A stretch of DNA of 49,083 nt, the filler included, from Porpidia crustulata (Eukaryota), in assembly GCA_964255105.1 (NCBI GenBank). It is 2 parts of 2 records of this genome, joined end to end, with 100 filler letters (N's around TTAATTAATTAA, not from the genome) between each part and the next. Parts side by side here need not be neighbours in the genome. Positions count along the whole stretch, not along the records: positions 1 to 24,498 come from CAXUWE010000057.1; positions 24,599 to 49,083 come from CAXUWE010000058.1. One strand, given 5' to 3'. A program made the position numbers and the translations under genes. Position 1 is the stretch's first letter. Each line of letters opens with the position of its first letter. This document shows positions 13,418 through 26,661 of the stretch, piece by piece. The notes under the pieces were generated by a model. The model was not told the origin of the DNA, made no database searches, and was given only the letters and a program-made list of their open reading frames with translations.

Positions 13418-15319
13418 TCACGCCCACAATATCGGGGCCACAAACTCATTACTATAGCCTGGCGAATGCCCTCCGAAAGCAAAGGCCTGTTCATCACCAG
13501 TGTACCCTGGAGAATAAGCGGGCGATTCGCCACGAAAACTATACGCTGATAGAGATCGATTATCAAAAGAACCATCGCTCAATCTGGGCGAGTGCTCGAA
13601 CTGCTGCGAATTTCGTTGGGATGACGGCGAACCGTACCGAAGAAATGGAGACGCTGGTGTGCTCAGATCTTCTAAGCTTTGGTTCGACATGATGGGAAAT
13701 GGACCTGGAAAGCCATTCGGATAGCCCGCCGGTGTGCCAGGTGCAAAGCTAGGAGTGGTCGGTTGAGATCCAAGGCTGAGATGCTGGAAGCCGTATGGGC
13801 TATGCTGTCCTTGTACCTGTATTTGAGCGGTGTCGTGGCTCTCTGTGTTCTCAAGGCGATATCTGGCTAGCATCAAGCGTGAAAACTGCATCATGCCATC
13901 TAGATCCGTAGGATCCGCTTCTCCAAAGCGTCTATTACCCTGATTGAGGCGAAGCTTGCTGTCAATTTCCTGTATGGAACGAACAGTCAAAGATCCCAAG
14001 GCCGCACCACCAAGCTCAGGCAGTGAAGAGTCAACCGCAAGAGCTATCGTGTATAATTGGGCCAAGAGGATCATGGCCGAGCTCTCGATCTCGTCGGCTT
14101 GGCTAAGCTCCACAGGCATCCAGAAGAGCCAGGACCGTAGGGGTTGTAGTTTCTCAAAGATTTGGTCACTTTGCATCGTGGCACTGTAGGTTTGAATATC
14201 TCCGGTAAATTCTAGCATCTGGTTGAGGTGGCGAGAAAGCGGATGGTGGCTCGCCAATCTGTTGGACAATCGCCGCAGCGCACCTGTCGCCAGTACTAAC
14301 GATTCATCGTCCAATGAGAGGGTCGAAGGCTGCAGACTCCTCGGCGAGAAAAAGCCGGGATTGTCCTCAATGTAAGCCGCGAATCTGGAGCTACCTTTCC
14401 ACGAGCTCATGGAGGAGACGACCTGCTCATGGGTCAAATCTTGGTTTTAGATGGTGATACCGTGATACTTACTGTGGAGATTCCGCGCATCAAGGATGTC
14501 CAGCCACCCCTACGTAGTTCTCATTAGCTGCTATCAATCAAGATAGACTGTAGTATCCTACCAATCAGCCGCCTGCCACGACAGTAAAATCGAGGCTGCC
14601 AGTACGGCATCTGAATTTCTTCTTGAGAAATTGCCAATAGCACCATGCAATCCCTTCAAAGCCACCCCTCGGTGGTAATAAGCAAGGTTCTTGGTCTCAG
14701 TTGAGTCAGTCATCCAAGCAAGAGATGTGGCCGAGAATGCTAGGATGGAGCTCATCACAAAATCGAAACCCACAGCCGCATTGAGAAAGCTAGGTGGCAG
14801 GAGGTGAGTAAGGATCTAGCGGTGAGTATTGATCGTAGAGTATTTCCATACCTTGGTATCTGCTGCACCCACAGAGTGTACGGCGCAAAATGGGAATTGT
14901 GCATATCTCTATGACTACTTGATAGATGATAGATCAACCGCAAATCAATCGCCGATAGTCCATGAAAGTGTTGAAAAGATTGAATATCAAGTTCTTGAAA
15001 AGGAAATACTCCTGTACGCTGCCAGGCTTCGACCTCTCGCTCGATCCTCGGTGTCCAGAGCAAATTTGGTCCTTTGGGATATCTTGCTGATTCTTCCGGG
15101 GGTGCCGGGCAGTCCATGTAATCGCACCGGCAATTATGTTTCGTGCAATTCTGGCTAGTCGACGCTGTTAGCTACGCTAAGTGGACAGTGCGTGAGCGAT
15201 CAGGCTCACCATTGTGGGAAATTCTCGTCACACCGAATGTGTCTTTTCTTGCAGGTTTTGCAGCCTTTCCTTGACTTGGTATGGCTTTTGCGGGGTGGGC
15301 CTCCACCTGGGCCTGCCAT
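13418..15319 (-). CDS. Zn(II)2Cys6 transcription factor (Upc2-like / Fungal_trans_2 type), about 5 exons
   Basis: Spliced N-terminus MAGPGGGPPRKSHTKSRKGCKTCKRRHIRCDENFPQC|QNCTKHNCRCDY (intron 15155-15209) contains six Cys. Further introns are at about 14790-14851, 14510-14561 and 14423-14472. The middle region reads AYYHRGVALKGL..NSDAVLAASILLSWQA. Confidence 0.9.
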
Positions 15320-18300
15320 AGGATAGTGAAACTTTGGATACTGTTTCGCGAGCAGTGACCGCAAGGCCAATTTCTCGCCAGTTACAGTCTGATATCAACT
15401 GGGGACCTAACAAATCCTGGTCGATCGACAGGATCCTGCTGGAACAGCTCCTCCGGAAAACGGAAACCTTGACCCTGCCTTTGCTCCCCTGGGACCTTAG
15501 CGTATTGGTGTCTAGGATGGCTGGTGTAGTGGGACGAAAATTTTCGAGGCGAACCACGAATCTCTCCTTCCAAAGCGAGCGTGGTGGACAGCGCCGGTGA
15601 TTTGTAGAATTGCGATTGAACAGAAAGTAGAGCGGAATCAGGCAGAGTCGTTACAAAATCGAGTACTTGATGTTTTCAACCGTCATAAACGAGCGTACAG
15701 CAGAAAAACACGAAACGAGTGTGTAAAACGTCAGGAGGCGGGGTACGAGGATGAGGAGGGGGGTGAAGGGTTTCAGGGTCACGACCGAGGATGAAGCCTT
15801 CCAATATGTATGATAATGTGATGCAACTAGCATAGGGTACCTGACAGTCTTCAGTGGCAGCTAAGACTTGGCCGTATAATCAACAGACAAATGTTCGAAA
15901 ATAGAAACAATACCGAACGGAGGGAATGGAGCGAGCGACTTATGTACTGCAACCTAGCTCGCGAGGTTCGGGTGATGTCTGCACGGTAAAGGAAGTTTAT
16001 TAAACGCGATCTAGATTCGGTGATAGTGTGGTCTTGCAGAGTCACAACGAGGTATCCACCGGGGAGGGGGGGTTTGGATTAAGGGTCGGTGAGAAGGTTA
16101 AGGTGCGTGTATTTTTTGGAGATTCGACAGTAAGCTAGGGGAGAGGCGGTCGGTGGAGGCGTGCCTTGAGCATGACCGTCATGAGGGGGAAGAAGCAGAA
16201 GCAGAAGAAGTAGAAGGGGGAAACGACACTAGTATGAGGCGCTTTGACAGGCGTCGGTCTGTTTCACGCGACCAACGAGACGAAAGAGAAGGTGAGAGAG
16301 GGGAGGGGGCGTTCAGCTGAGAGGCAAGGAGGTAAGAAGGCCAAGGTGAGATGGCAGCTGGTAGGATGGCAAGCGAGGGAATACAGTATCAGAGCTGGGC
16401 AGCTGGCAGACTGGAAGACTCGACTGGCAATTCCTTAACTCCTAATTTCTTAGTCAACCTTGACCTCTTTCATTAGTCTGGAACCCCCAACAGGCAACAC
16501 GAAGCGGGCCGAACAAGCTTGGAATTGAAGCGCACATGAGGCGCAGAATCATGTGCTTGTGCTTGTGCTTGCTCGGGCCAAGTCATGTGTGTGTGCGAGA
16601 CTGCGTGTGGTTTGCGAATTAGGACGATACTGCTAAGGTAGTGTTCGAGCGCCCGCGAGGCTTCCGCTCCGAGTCAAGTCCCACAACTTATAGAAAGCAA
16701 GTAAGCCACAATTGTGTGCAGTACCCAGAGTCCCGCATCTTCTACTATCTATCTACCCTCCGCGCCTCCACGCAGGAATGACGGTGTCGTTGTTGTCATA
16801 TCATTGGGCATCTAAATGTAGGATACTTATGTACGACATAGGCCCACGCGAGGTGAGCGAGTATTTAGCTTGCCAAGCTCCCCCCATCCCTAAGACACCT
16901 AATACAAGCGCCCAATCGTTCATGATAGTTGGAAAAGACTTTATTCTTCCGCATCTCCCTGAAAGAGTCATTGTTGCGAGATAGCTGGACACCGACCACT
17001 CACTGCTACCTTTTGGACTATTGGCTCATTGCAAAGACACGTAGAAATAACTTAGAGTATCCTTTATTTAGATTGCTACATGACTGTCACATACGTACAT
17101 GTGCATCTACGTCTACATATGCACAATAATCCACCGATCGTCACAGGGATCGTATCTACTACTTTGCCTACTTAAGTTTGATGTTGCGCTCAGAAGCAGG
17201 AGCACCATGTCTTGGCCCGTCTTCCCGCAGCGACGACATTGAGTAGCCCAATGCTCAAGGTCCTACAGTGCCGACTTATTGAGGTAACGATGATATGTAC
17301 GAAGGATAATGCGCAGTACCTTGCGTTGAACCGACGTACCGTATGGATTGGTACTTGAATTATCCAGTCGTCAGTGTGCTCTATGTAGGTACCGTAGCAC
17401 TTGAGGTGCAGCCTTGTCAGACCGACTTCATTGCCGGCGGGGCTCGATTGTGCAATGAGGATGGCTGTCCGACATGACCGCAGCGGAGCAATCATGTTTT
17501 GCACAGCCTCCATTCCATCTGATTGATTTGAGGTTGACAAGCGGTCGACGTGTATTTTTCTTTACCGTTATGGCGTGTTCCTGTAAGCGAAGCTTTCGTT
17601 ATTGGCGGTTCGTGGAGCTCATTGTGCCGCAGGTATCTTGGCATTTTGGGTATTGCCCATTATACTGTCCGAGAAGCGACGCAAGGAGGGTCGAGTGTAC
17701 TCACAAAGGCCAGAGGCTCTCTAAAGGGCTGAGTTTGTGGCTTCTCATACTGTACTTGACGAGATGGGCAGGTTGAAAGCTGCACCAGTCGACGATGTCG
17801 ACGGGACATCCCATGCCAGTCTCTTGCGGCCCTGACGAGTGTGCAGCCGTTCAGCTTCACCTGAACTGCCTAGTGACAGACCAGACATACCCCTTTTGGC
17901 TTTTACCTTTTAGTTGCTGGCATGGCATGCCGGCGCTGCGTTCGGTGGAGGCTAGTTGCTCATGCCACATGCCACCACAAGCATCAAAGTCCAATTATAG
18001 ATTTATAGATCCCGGCGCTAACTAGCTTGGGCCCATCGCTTGGCTTTGCTGTTTCGAGAGATGCGATTGGGACTGATGGTTTAGTGAACACACTTCGTCG
18101 ACAATAAGAATGCTACCCTAAGCTGACTGTCTCCCCAAGGTTGCCAGCAGAAATAAGTAACCAATGAAGAAGATCTAATAACGCAATCTCAATATCATTA
18201 CTATCAATGATGCAAATATTGGGTCAATGCAACACTGCACCCCTTTGTGGAGAGGTCATATGTTTATACCGTGCGCTCCCGTCCCTTGCTTCCGCAAAGT

Positions 18301-19318
18301 CCTTGATGAGGTGATGAGGTCTCATGATCAATGGCGGATGTCGTCGTACGATCAATGAAGATTGCGCTTACTAATGGTGCAAAGCATCTCCAATTTCGCC
18401 TCAGCCGCCTCCTTGCGCGCAACGCCGCCACCAGCGTCGAATGATGAATAATCGTCCCGACACAACGATCGGGACGATGTCCGGCATGATTACCTACGCC
18501 AGAGTGGGAGGTCTCCTAGTGGTAATAACTTTCCACGCCATCCTACCAGCCAACCGCGGCCCAGGACCTGTTGTTTTCGAGAGCGCTGGAGGAATTTGGC
18601 ACCACACGACCTAGTATTTTCGGAATTACAAGGATAACCAAACAGACATTACCTATGCAATATCCCGAGGAACTTGCCGATTGACATGATCGTCTGCAGT
18701 CAAGTTCTCAGGCTGGATCTTCAGCTCGCTCTCAGCCCAGAATAAGCTGAGCCTGTGGATACCAGTAGCTTTCATTTCCAGCAGGAGATGCAATCGCTAC
18801 TTGGATTGGAACCTACGTCGAACGGTGGTGCCTCTACTACAAAATTAAGACCTCTTCTTCCCTATGGGCTAAAAAAGTCTCAAGGTCCGTTGTGCGAAGG
18901 CATGCTTCTCGAGCAGGCAAGATCACCGCGATACTTTAAAGAGAATTGCTGGTGCCATGGAACTTCTATACTGTAATGCAAGTGCTATGCCCGGAAATGA
19001 ATCCTGCAAACCAAAATCTGTAGGCAAGCCGCTGGTGAACTGCTCCTCCATGAAAGCAGCCCCAAAGATCAGGAAAAACGCCGGGTATGTATGCAACATG
19101 AACGACTATAATCCCATACCTACATAGCTTCCTTGCCCAGAAACACCAGTAATGAACCGCCATCGCTGTAACAAGATGGCTGCGTAGCAGCTCTATTTAT
19201 ATCGAGAACCGTGCATGCGTTATTATGATCCCTAAATCCTTCCATAGTCCGTTGACGTCATCACAGCATGTATCTTCGTACAATTGCATTGGCTTCTGTT
19301 CGAGATCGAAAATCTACA

Positions 19319-22290
19319 TTAGAGGCCAAACGAAGCCCGTAACCTCTGCTGGTCTGCTTCTTCCAACTGGCCAAGGAAGGCACCGAAGTCCGGGATCAAT
19401 GACTTGTAACCGAGCAGATTCTATGTGTAAGATCAGTTAAGTCTTACGGTCCACGGGTAATGCCAGCCTTACCCTTCGGAACGACTCGAAGCTCTCCTGA
19501 TGGTACTTGAAAATTATTTTGGTGCTTGTGAAGGCAGCGCTAGCCTTGAAATACTCAAGCAGGCATTCTCCCATGGCCTGAGGGTTCTGTTCTATTGTGC
19601 GATTGAAGCCGAGGAACGCATGCCCTTTCTCATCGGTGTCGTCAACAGGCTCTATTATCTGTAAAAAAGGTTTGGCAAAGTCCGCTAGGTGTGGGGCGAG
19701 AGCGTGTGGGCAGTCCACCCCTAATCGCCCCAGTGCAACAGCAGCATTCTCATTGACGGAAGCTGGTACTTCAGGATTGCCAATGATATTAATTAAGCGA
19801 TAATAGAGTTTCTCAACGTACGGTTCCATCTCCCTTTTCTGCATCATGGCAATCTCACCACACGACCAGCAAGCGTTATTGACGACGCTTAATCCGGTAT
19901 CTATGTCCACGTCTTGGAGACTGTCTAGGTCAAGCTGCTGGATCAGGACCGGCATGAGATTAGGAAGGAATGGTTGCAATTGATTGAAAATGTTGACAGC
20001 GCAATCTCCTAGTAGAGCATACGATGATTGGCGCACGTCATTGAATGGATCCTCCATGCAGAATTGTAGTAAGTCGAAGAATCTGGGCTGAGCCGAGGAA
20101 ACCAATTCTCCTGCCTTTGCAGAATCAAGAGCCTGGATGATGGCACTCAGGAGGTCTAGACTCGTGACCAGGAAGTCTTTGTCAGGCTTCTCCATGGGCT
20201 CATTATTAACTGCCACAAGATACTCTTCTAGATTTTGATGAATAATTCTGATACAACGAGCAAAGATAGGGACCGCAAATGGTGCAAAAGAGTCACCTAA
20301 GGCAGTCGCAACATACGAAATACACTCAAGTAATGGGAAGAGCTCGCGTGACTGATCTTGCACCTTACTCCACCGCTGAACGATAGCGGGCATCAGGATG
20401 TCGATGAGTTCAGGCCTAGCCAAAGCAGGGCCAACATGCTCTGCAAGCGTCTGAACACAATCATAGAGTATGCGCATATTGCGATCTTTATACCTATCGA
20501 AGCATTGTACGAATTGTCGTATAATTGGCTCACAGTATGGTGTCAGCTCATTCGTAGCTTTCTCCTCCAAGTTCGCGAATGCGGAAGCAGCAGACTCCTG
20601 TACTTTCTTGTTTCTGTCAAGCATCCTGTTCAAGATTCCATCCATTGTAGGCTCGAAATACCGTTTCTTGTCTGCCGTATCTTGGAGGTGCGACGCCCAG
20701 CCCGAATAACGCCCAAGCGCCCAACATGTTATCGTTCTTACAGCGGCCTCGACATCACTGAGCAGAGAGATAAGGTATGGTATTAATTCCGGCAGATGAG
20801 GCGTGACGGCGTTCATGCATCCATCAGCGAGGGCGCCAATTGCGAGCACCGCAGCCTCACGATTAGGCCAGTCATGGTGTCGAAGGTTGTCTTTCAGGTA
20901 GGGCAGAGCAATTACAAACACGGGTTCGTGGAATGTCGTTGCAAGAACATCTAGGGCTGCAGCCGAGCATTTTCGGAGATTCCACCTATCCTCGACATCG
21001 TCGCCGCCATAGTCATCATCTTCTTCTATCTCGCCTTCACTTAGACCATCATCGTCGCTCGTCGAAGTGCCTCTATAATTCGAAAGCCCACCTCCGTTGG
21101 TACGAGCTGGAGCGGTATCACCATTGGTGGCAGCCCTCGAATTTTTAGATTTCGCAAACTGCGGCTTCAGATCTTCGGCTCTGTCCTCTTGGTCTGCATC
21201 ATCTGCGCCTCCTTCGAGACGTAGAACATCCTCCTCGTCATAGACCATACTTTCCAACAAAACAGGAATAATCTTATGTAAAAATGGTCCCAGACTACCG
21301 CACAGCTTATCGTTCTCACCAATGCAGAGCCAAAATTCGGCAGCCTCCAAAGCCAAATCTGGATCATCGGTGTTTCTCTGTTGCAACGCCATATAATCGA
21401 CCAATCCTTCCATATGTGGTCGCACTTTATCTGGCCTTATGTCCACAATTTGCACAAATGATCGGCAAACATTACGACGAACATCGTCACTCGGGTCGCT
21501 TGCCAGTTGGAACAGCCGGGCGAGGAGAGAATCTAGAAGTGCCATTACCGCGTGCGGTTTTTGAGGAATGAATGAGTTGATACTGGCCAGCGCCAATGCC
21601 CGTACTTTCGCAATCTGGCTTGCCGTAATGCCAAGAAGTCTGGGTATTATCACATCCAATGGTCTCTGTCCTTGAAACTCCCTGTCTAACGCTTTCTTAC
21701 TGTCCTCACACACTTTGGCAAGCGCACCCATTGCCCCCTCTTGGGCGGCAAGAGATGTAGTACCTCTTTCATTGCTTGCCAGCGAAAGAAGCTCAGGTAA
21801 TAATTCCGGCCAGCCTAGAACACCTCCCCTTTGCACAATCTCTGTTATGACACTGCCACCAAAGTTTCGTATTTGTAAATTTGGGTCTTCCAGGCATGAT
21901 AATACCAGAGCACGAACGTAAGCCTGGCTAGATTCTGGTAAAGCCTTGTAGCATACCCGTATATTATTTTTCAGGTTGATAGCTGCCGAACTTCGCACTA
22001 GACTTGTGCTTTCTGAATTCAGATTCAGTTGGTTTAGCAGTGGGCCGTTGGAAAATATGTATGCCAAGTATTTGGTGATTTCTGGGTTATCTTTGGCTTG
22101 TGTAAGCATCTGAAAGCGAGAAGGCCGTATAGATTAGCAAAGACGCAATACAAAGCTTCGGAGTTAAGTAGAGACTCCTTGGGCATACCATTGTAGCATG
22201 TTTCTGTGCCTTCTGATCATGAGCACTGAGGGTATTTTTCAAGTAGCCAGCCAATTCCCTCAAGGGTTCCGGCTCTGGTTGCCACGACAT
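19319..22290 (-). CDS. KAP104: Importin beta-2 / transportin, 3 exons
   Basis: Exons 22290-22189 (MSWQPEPE...), 22109-19473 and 19420-19319 (NLLGYK...FGL*). HEAT-repeat protein with an acidic loop followed by WNLRKCSAAALD, plus ALEAAEFW, KKVQESAASAFA, NNACWSCGEI and ENAAVALGRLG. Confidence 0.95.
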
Positions 22291-24498
22291 GCTGATCGCA
22301 GTATTGATCGCCTAGATACGCCACGGAAGGCCAGTGAAGAATAGGTGCTGCGTTGACGCTCCGCGACTGTCCAATCTGCGCCCCCTCCACGGTTTTCTGT
22401 TTCAGAATTAGTGCTCTGAAGACTGAACGCATATGAAGACGGGAAAGCGCCGAGGCTCTGTGGAGTCACGTAACATCCAGGGCCGTGTGCATTGAAATTC
22501 TTCGGTCTCTAGAAATTGATTATGGCGTAATGATGGAAGTATGGCTATACATTTGGTGACCTATCGGCGGAGACGCCTGATCTGATTATCTCACATGCAC
22601 AATCTCGAAAACCAACGTAAGATGGATTGAATCTACAATCCACTGCTGGCGGCTCGTCAATGTTTAGTCGAAAGAGTCAAGACTCCAGGAGCCATCAATG
22701 AGCCAGGAAGGCTTTTGTTAACAGTAGAGATCAGTGTAAGAAAGTGACTAGGAGATTATTAGCTAAGGGTGAAAAGACGCTGAGGTATGATAGGGAAATA
22801 TGTGCAATGTGAATGTACCTAGTTCCTGAGCCGGAAAAACATAGTGCGAAATTCCCGGCACTAGGCGAAAGGCAACTGCAATTCCGAACCCTCATCCGGC
22901 CATAATGTCAAAAATCTTCGCTCTGTTCAAAGAAAACCACGCTTGATAGCTGGTCGTGTGTAAATTGTGTGATATCTAGCTATTGCGCCAATCTTGGAGC
23001 AGCATTCCACGTTTATGGTAATATTCCAACAGCCGCGAGAATGTTAGATCCAGGTTCTGAGAATATCTGAGATACAGGACTTACCGCAATCTCATCTCCC
23101 ACCACGCAGATGTATTGAGCATCCAGTCGATTACCTTGTACTTCTGACTGTCAATCGCCATCCAGAGAGCAAGACATCAAGTCGATCCGATATCTTGAAA
23201 TCTCTTCTAAGGTCTTGGTAGGTTCTCTACGCAAGATGAGCAAGCTTTAGTTGCCGCCTTTCGTGTCAGCAAACAAGTCTTCAACTTCAGTGCCATCTAT
23301 GCCTTATGCAGTCTTATTGAAGTAGATGTATGTATCTATTCCAAACCGAATAAATATGATTGGAAAACTGTAGAGTCACGAGAGGGCCCTAATGATCACA
23401 TCAGATCAGGATCAGGACCATGATGTACATGGAAAATAGTTTCAAAGCTCGAAGAAAAGAATGGCTATTGAGATCAAGCATTATTACAGAACCTGGTAGT
23501 ATATTGGCCCAGAACGTCACCTTACTTAACTTTCAGTTGGTGACCCCATATAAGTTCTCATTTCTATTTTTCGAAGACCCTTGAATGAAGATGTCAAGAT
23601 AGCGGAAGACTCGGGACATACCCGCTCTATTTGATTAAATGCAATTTGTACACCCGCCAACGCTGCCATCTCTCATCACAACTCGAAGATGTCATTTGCC
23701 CCTGGGCTGTGAGAGTTATTTCTCTAGTCTAAGTTTGCGAGAATGACTACGAAATCCCCCCTAATCGCAGCCGTACGAGAGGTGAGGAAGGCTCATTAGA
23801 GATTCGCTTCTCGCTGTTGCTGGAGGCTGCAACTTGGGCCGAGTGCGGCGATCACTTGTGAAGAGCCATGCCTAGATGTCCGTCCGCTGAAAGAAATTGT
23901 CAAAATTCTTTTTCGTAATCATATTTCGAGGAGCACTCTTGACTTCACATGAATAGTCAGAATCAAAGCTTACGCCTTCTTGATCATACTCCAGAAAATT
24001 TAGGTTCTACCATTCTCCACGATATACAGCACTGATGTCGAGAAGAAGTTGAAAGGCAAACTGATCAGCCTTGGCAGTCATAATGATTTGGACTCAATGC
24101 TGAAGTCAGATCCAATCCGTCTATGCAGTTCTCACATTGAGGATGAGACTGAGAGCCGTTCGAGCCGATGAAAAATTAAGGTAATGCTATCTAGAACTGA
24201 GATTTTGTCCCGTGCCGCCTCATCATATAAATCTGCATATATATCAGAAGCTTGGTAAATATTCTAATTCGTAGTACAGATACATACAACCTCTTCAGTC
24301 TTTAGAGCTTGCTTTTCCCGGGCACGTTCTATATTGACTCTAACATCATCGCTGACAAGTAAACGTTAAGATCTGATACTTGTAGACCTCAGCGAAGATC
24401 TCTTTGAGGATTTCTCTTGTCTCAGTTCTCAGACCTGCTTCATTAGGCCAGCGATGAAACCCACCTGTACGCGGTGCTGGCTACGAACCTTCTGTTTA

Positions 24499-24598
24499 NN
24501 NNNNNNNNNNNNNNNNNNNNNNNNNNNNNNNNNNNNNNNNNNTTAATTAATTAANNNNNNNNNNNNNNNNNNNNNNNNNNNNNNNNNNNNNNNNNNNN
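24499..24598. other. Assembly gap with artificial six-frame-stop linker (N44-TTAATTAATTAA-N44)
   Basis: Two N runs enclose TTAATTAATTAA at 24543-24554, a palindrome that gives stops in all six frames. The total length is exactly 100 nt. Confidence 0.95.
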
Positions 24599-24638
24599 GT
24601 GTTAGTTGTGGTTGGTGGGGAGGGGGTGGGGGGCTTAC

Positions 24639-24892
24639 TCTTGGCCCTGCTGGCCATATCCCTGCTGGTGCTGACCTTGACCTTGGCCGTACTGCTGCTG
24701 CTGGCCTTGTTGGCTGTAGTTGTCCTGGCCGTAACCTTGCTGTTGCTGGTGCTGTCCTTGTTGGCCGTAGCCTTGCTGTTGGCCATATGGCTGCTGTTGT
24801 TGACCTTGCTGGCCGTAGCCTTGCTGGCCATAGGGTTGCTGCTGGTTTTGGTGGCCTTGGCCGTAAGAATTTTGACCGTATTGATCGGACAT
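24639..24892 (-). CDS. First exon of a Gln/Gly/Tyr-rich low-complexity (prion-like) protein; the 3' part is lost in the gap
   Basis: [30 protein letters not shown]... with a strong start context (CCCAAAATG). The apparent TAA lies within a GTAAGC splice donor at 24638-24633. A TATA-like CTATAAG lies at about 25050-25056. Confidence 0.75.
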
Positions 24893-25580
24893 TTTGGGTG
24901 TGATTTGATGCTTCCGAGGGTTTGAAGGTGATGTCGTAGAATTTTTGATGATGATGAGTGATTATGGTTGTTATTGTGGAGGAATGTGAGAGATGATGGA
25001 GGGGTTGAGGGGATGTCGTTTGGTTGGAGGGGTAGTGAGGGATGAAGTTCTTATAGGCAGTTCAGCTACCCGCAATTCATGCGCGCTAGTTGATGTAAGT
25101 AAGCTGACCGAGAGCGATAGAACACATGCACATATGAGTAAGATGTGGCTGATGAATGGACACGCCTTTGATTGATTGCGAGACTGGTTGGCTGGAAGTA
25201 TGTCGAAAATAAGTCTCTCTGTAAGCTTACGTGTAAGTCCTTGTGGCTGAGGAATTGCCTCTGGTGTTCAAATCCTGCATAGCCCCATAGTGGCCCCTGG
25301 AGAGCTGCCCATATTGGCCGCGACTCTTACGATAAAAATTGAACACTCTGGAATTCTTCGCCACTTTGGGTCACGCTATGGCTGGCTGAAAGATGAAAAT
25401 CTCTCTCATCTTTCATCCTATGGATGAATATTCTTACTTCCAAGCTGAGTATGTGGGCCTTCCGGCTGCAGCTTTGGTAGCCAGAATTTGACGCAGTTGT
25501 AGCGATACGAGAATCCAGATATCGAGCAATTCCTTTCCTCCCACATTGTCTTGGCCTGAAATTGACATCGTTTAGAAGCA

Positions 25581-26661
25581 TCAAAATATCGTATAACCAC
25601 CTAGCTTCTGATCAGCCCCATATTCAAGTAGAGTTCAGTCAATCTCACCATCAACCATTATATTCGTTCCCGTCATGAATTTTCGAGCAGCACTACACAG
25701 CAAAACCACCGCTCCAGTCAAATCTTCAGGATCTCCAATTCCCATGGGCGAGCGTTCCAGCCACAGCCGTCGCAGATCAGCTTGGGCAGGTCCGCCGGAT
25801 AGACGAGTGTTCATGATTCCAGGAGAGATCGAATTGACCCGAATCCCATGGCCAACCCATTCTGCGGCTAGGGAACGGGTAAGATGGAGAATGCCGGCTT
25901 TGGAGACGGCATAAGCTGGATGTGGCTGAGGCGTGTTGACAATGTGACCAGACATGGAGGCCGTGAAGACAATGGTGCCACTTGCTTTGCGGGCGATGAT
26001 GTCCCTGCGCGATTCTTGAGTTTGTTCCGTTACTATCGACGTACAAAAGGACAATCGTACCTGGCTACAGCACGAGCTACAAGAAAGGAGCCGTGTAGGT
26101 TGACATCCACAATCTTCCTCCATCTGCCAATATCATAATCAACAGCAAGCTCACAACCGGTAATGCCAGCAAAGCAGATGAGAATATCTATGCCTCCAAA
26201 CATGGCCGAGACATCTGAGACAGCCTTGTTCACAGCACCTTCGTCGGTCACATCAACACAAATGGAGCTGATGCTAAGTTTCTCGTCTTTACAAAGTGAC
26301 TGGAGATGCTCAACCGCTGCAGATCCCTGAGCACCATCCACATCCAAAATTGCTAGGCTAGAAACGCCGTGCTCGATCAACGCTCTGGTACACACTAGGC
26401 CAATTCCTTGGGCTCCGCCGGTGACTTTGTGCTTCTTAGTAAATGTTCAGGTTCTTTCTCCCCCAGGTTCGAAGCCAGAACATCAGACTTACCGACCGCG
26501 CGCTTTCCTTTCAAGGAAAATCGAGCTGATGCCCGCTCTGTTGGAGTCATTTCTGAATGAAGAACGTCTGGGATTGGCTTCGGAGGAAACGGATCTGGCG
26601 CGATTGGAAACGGTGTCATATATGGCACAGTACCCTTTGGAGGACCCGTATCGGAAGCCAT
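25581..26661 (-). CDS. Short-chain dehydrogenase/reductase (D-arabinitol 2-dehydrogenase / sorbose reductase-like), 4 exons
   Basis: Exons 26661-26493, 26424-26061, 26004-25649 and 25600-25581. Motifs: VTGGAQGIG Rossmann motif, FAGI, ASMSGHIVNTPQPHPAYAVSK (YxxxK), IRVNSISPG, and VDGGYTIF*. Confidence 0.9.

Noticed and set aside
15382..15573. Upstream ORF regulating the Zn2Cys6 factor
   Set aside because: It starts at TTG rather than ATG and shows no recognisable conservation.
18451..18478. 10-bp inverted repeat hairpin (ATCGTCCCGA...TCGGGACGAT)
   Set aside because: It is short and isolated with no TSD or other support, so it is compatible with chance.
15600..19300. Many 60-116 aa ORFs in the long intergenic region upstream of the transcription factor
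   Set aside because: They have no motifs, mostly non-ATG starts and overlap on both strands. The region is best read as promoter/UTR sequence with GA-rich and GTGCTT microsatellite tracts.
24547..24925. ORF-track entries 24547-24831 (-) and 24599-24925 (+, Leu/Ala-rich)
   Set aside because: They are shadow frames of the GQY repeat exon, and one runs into the N linker.
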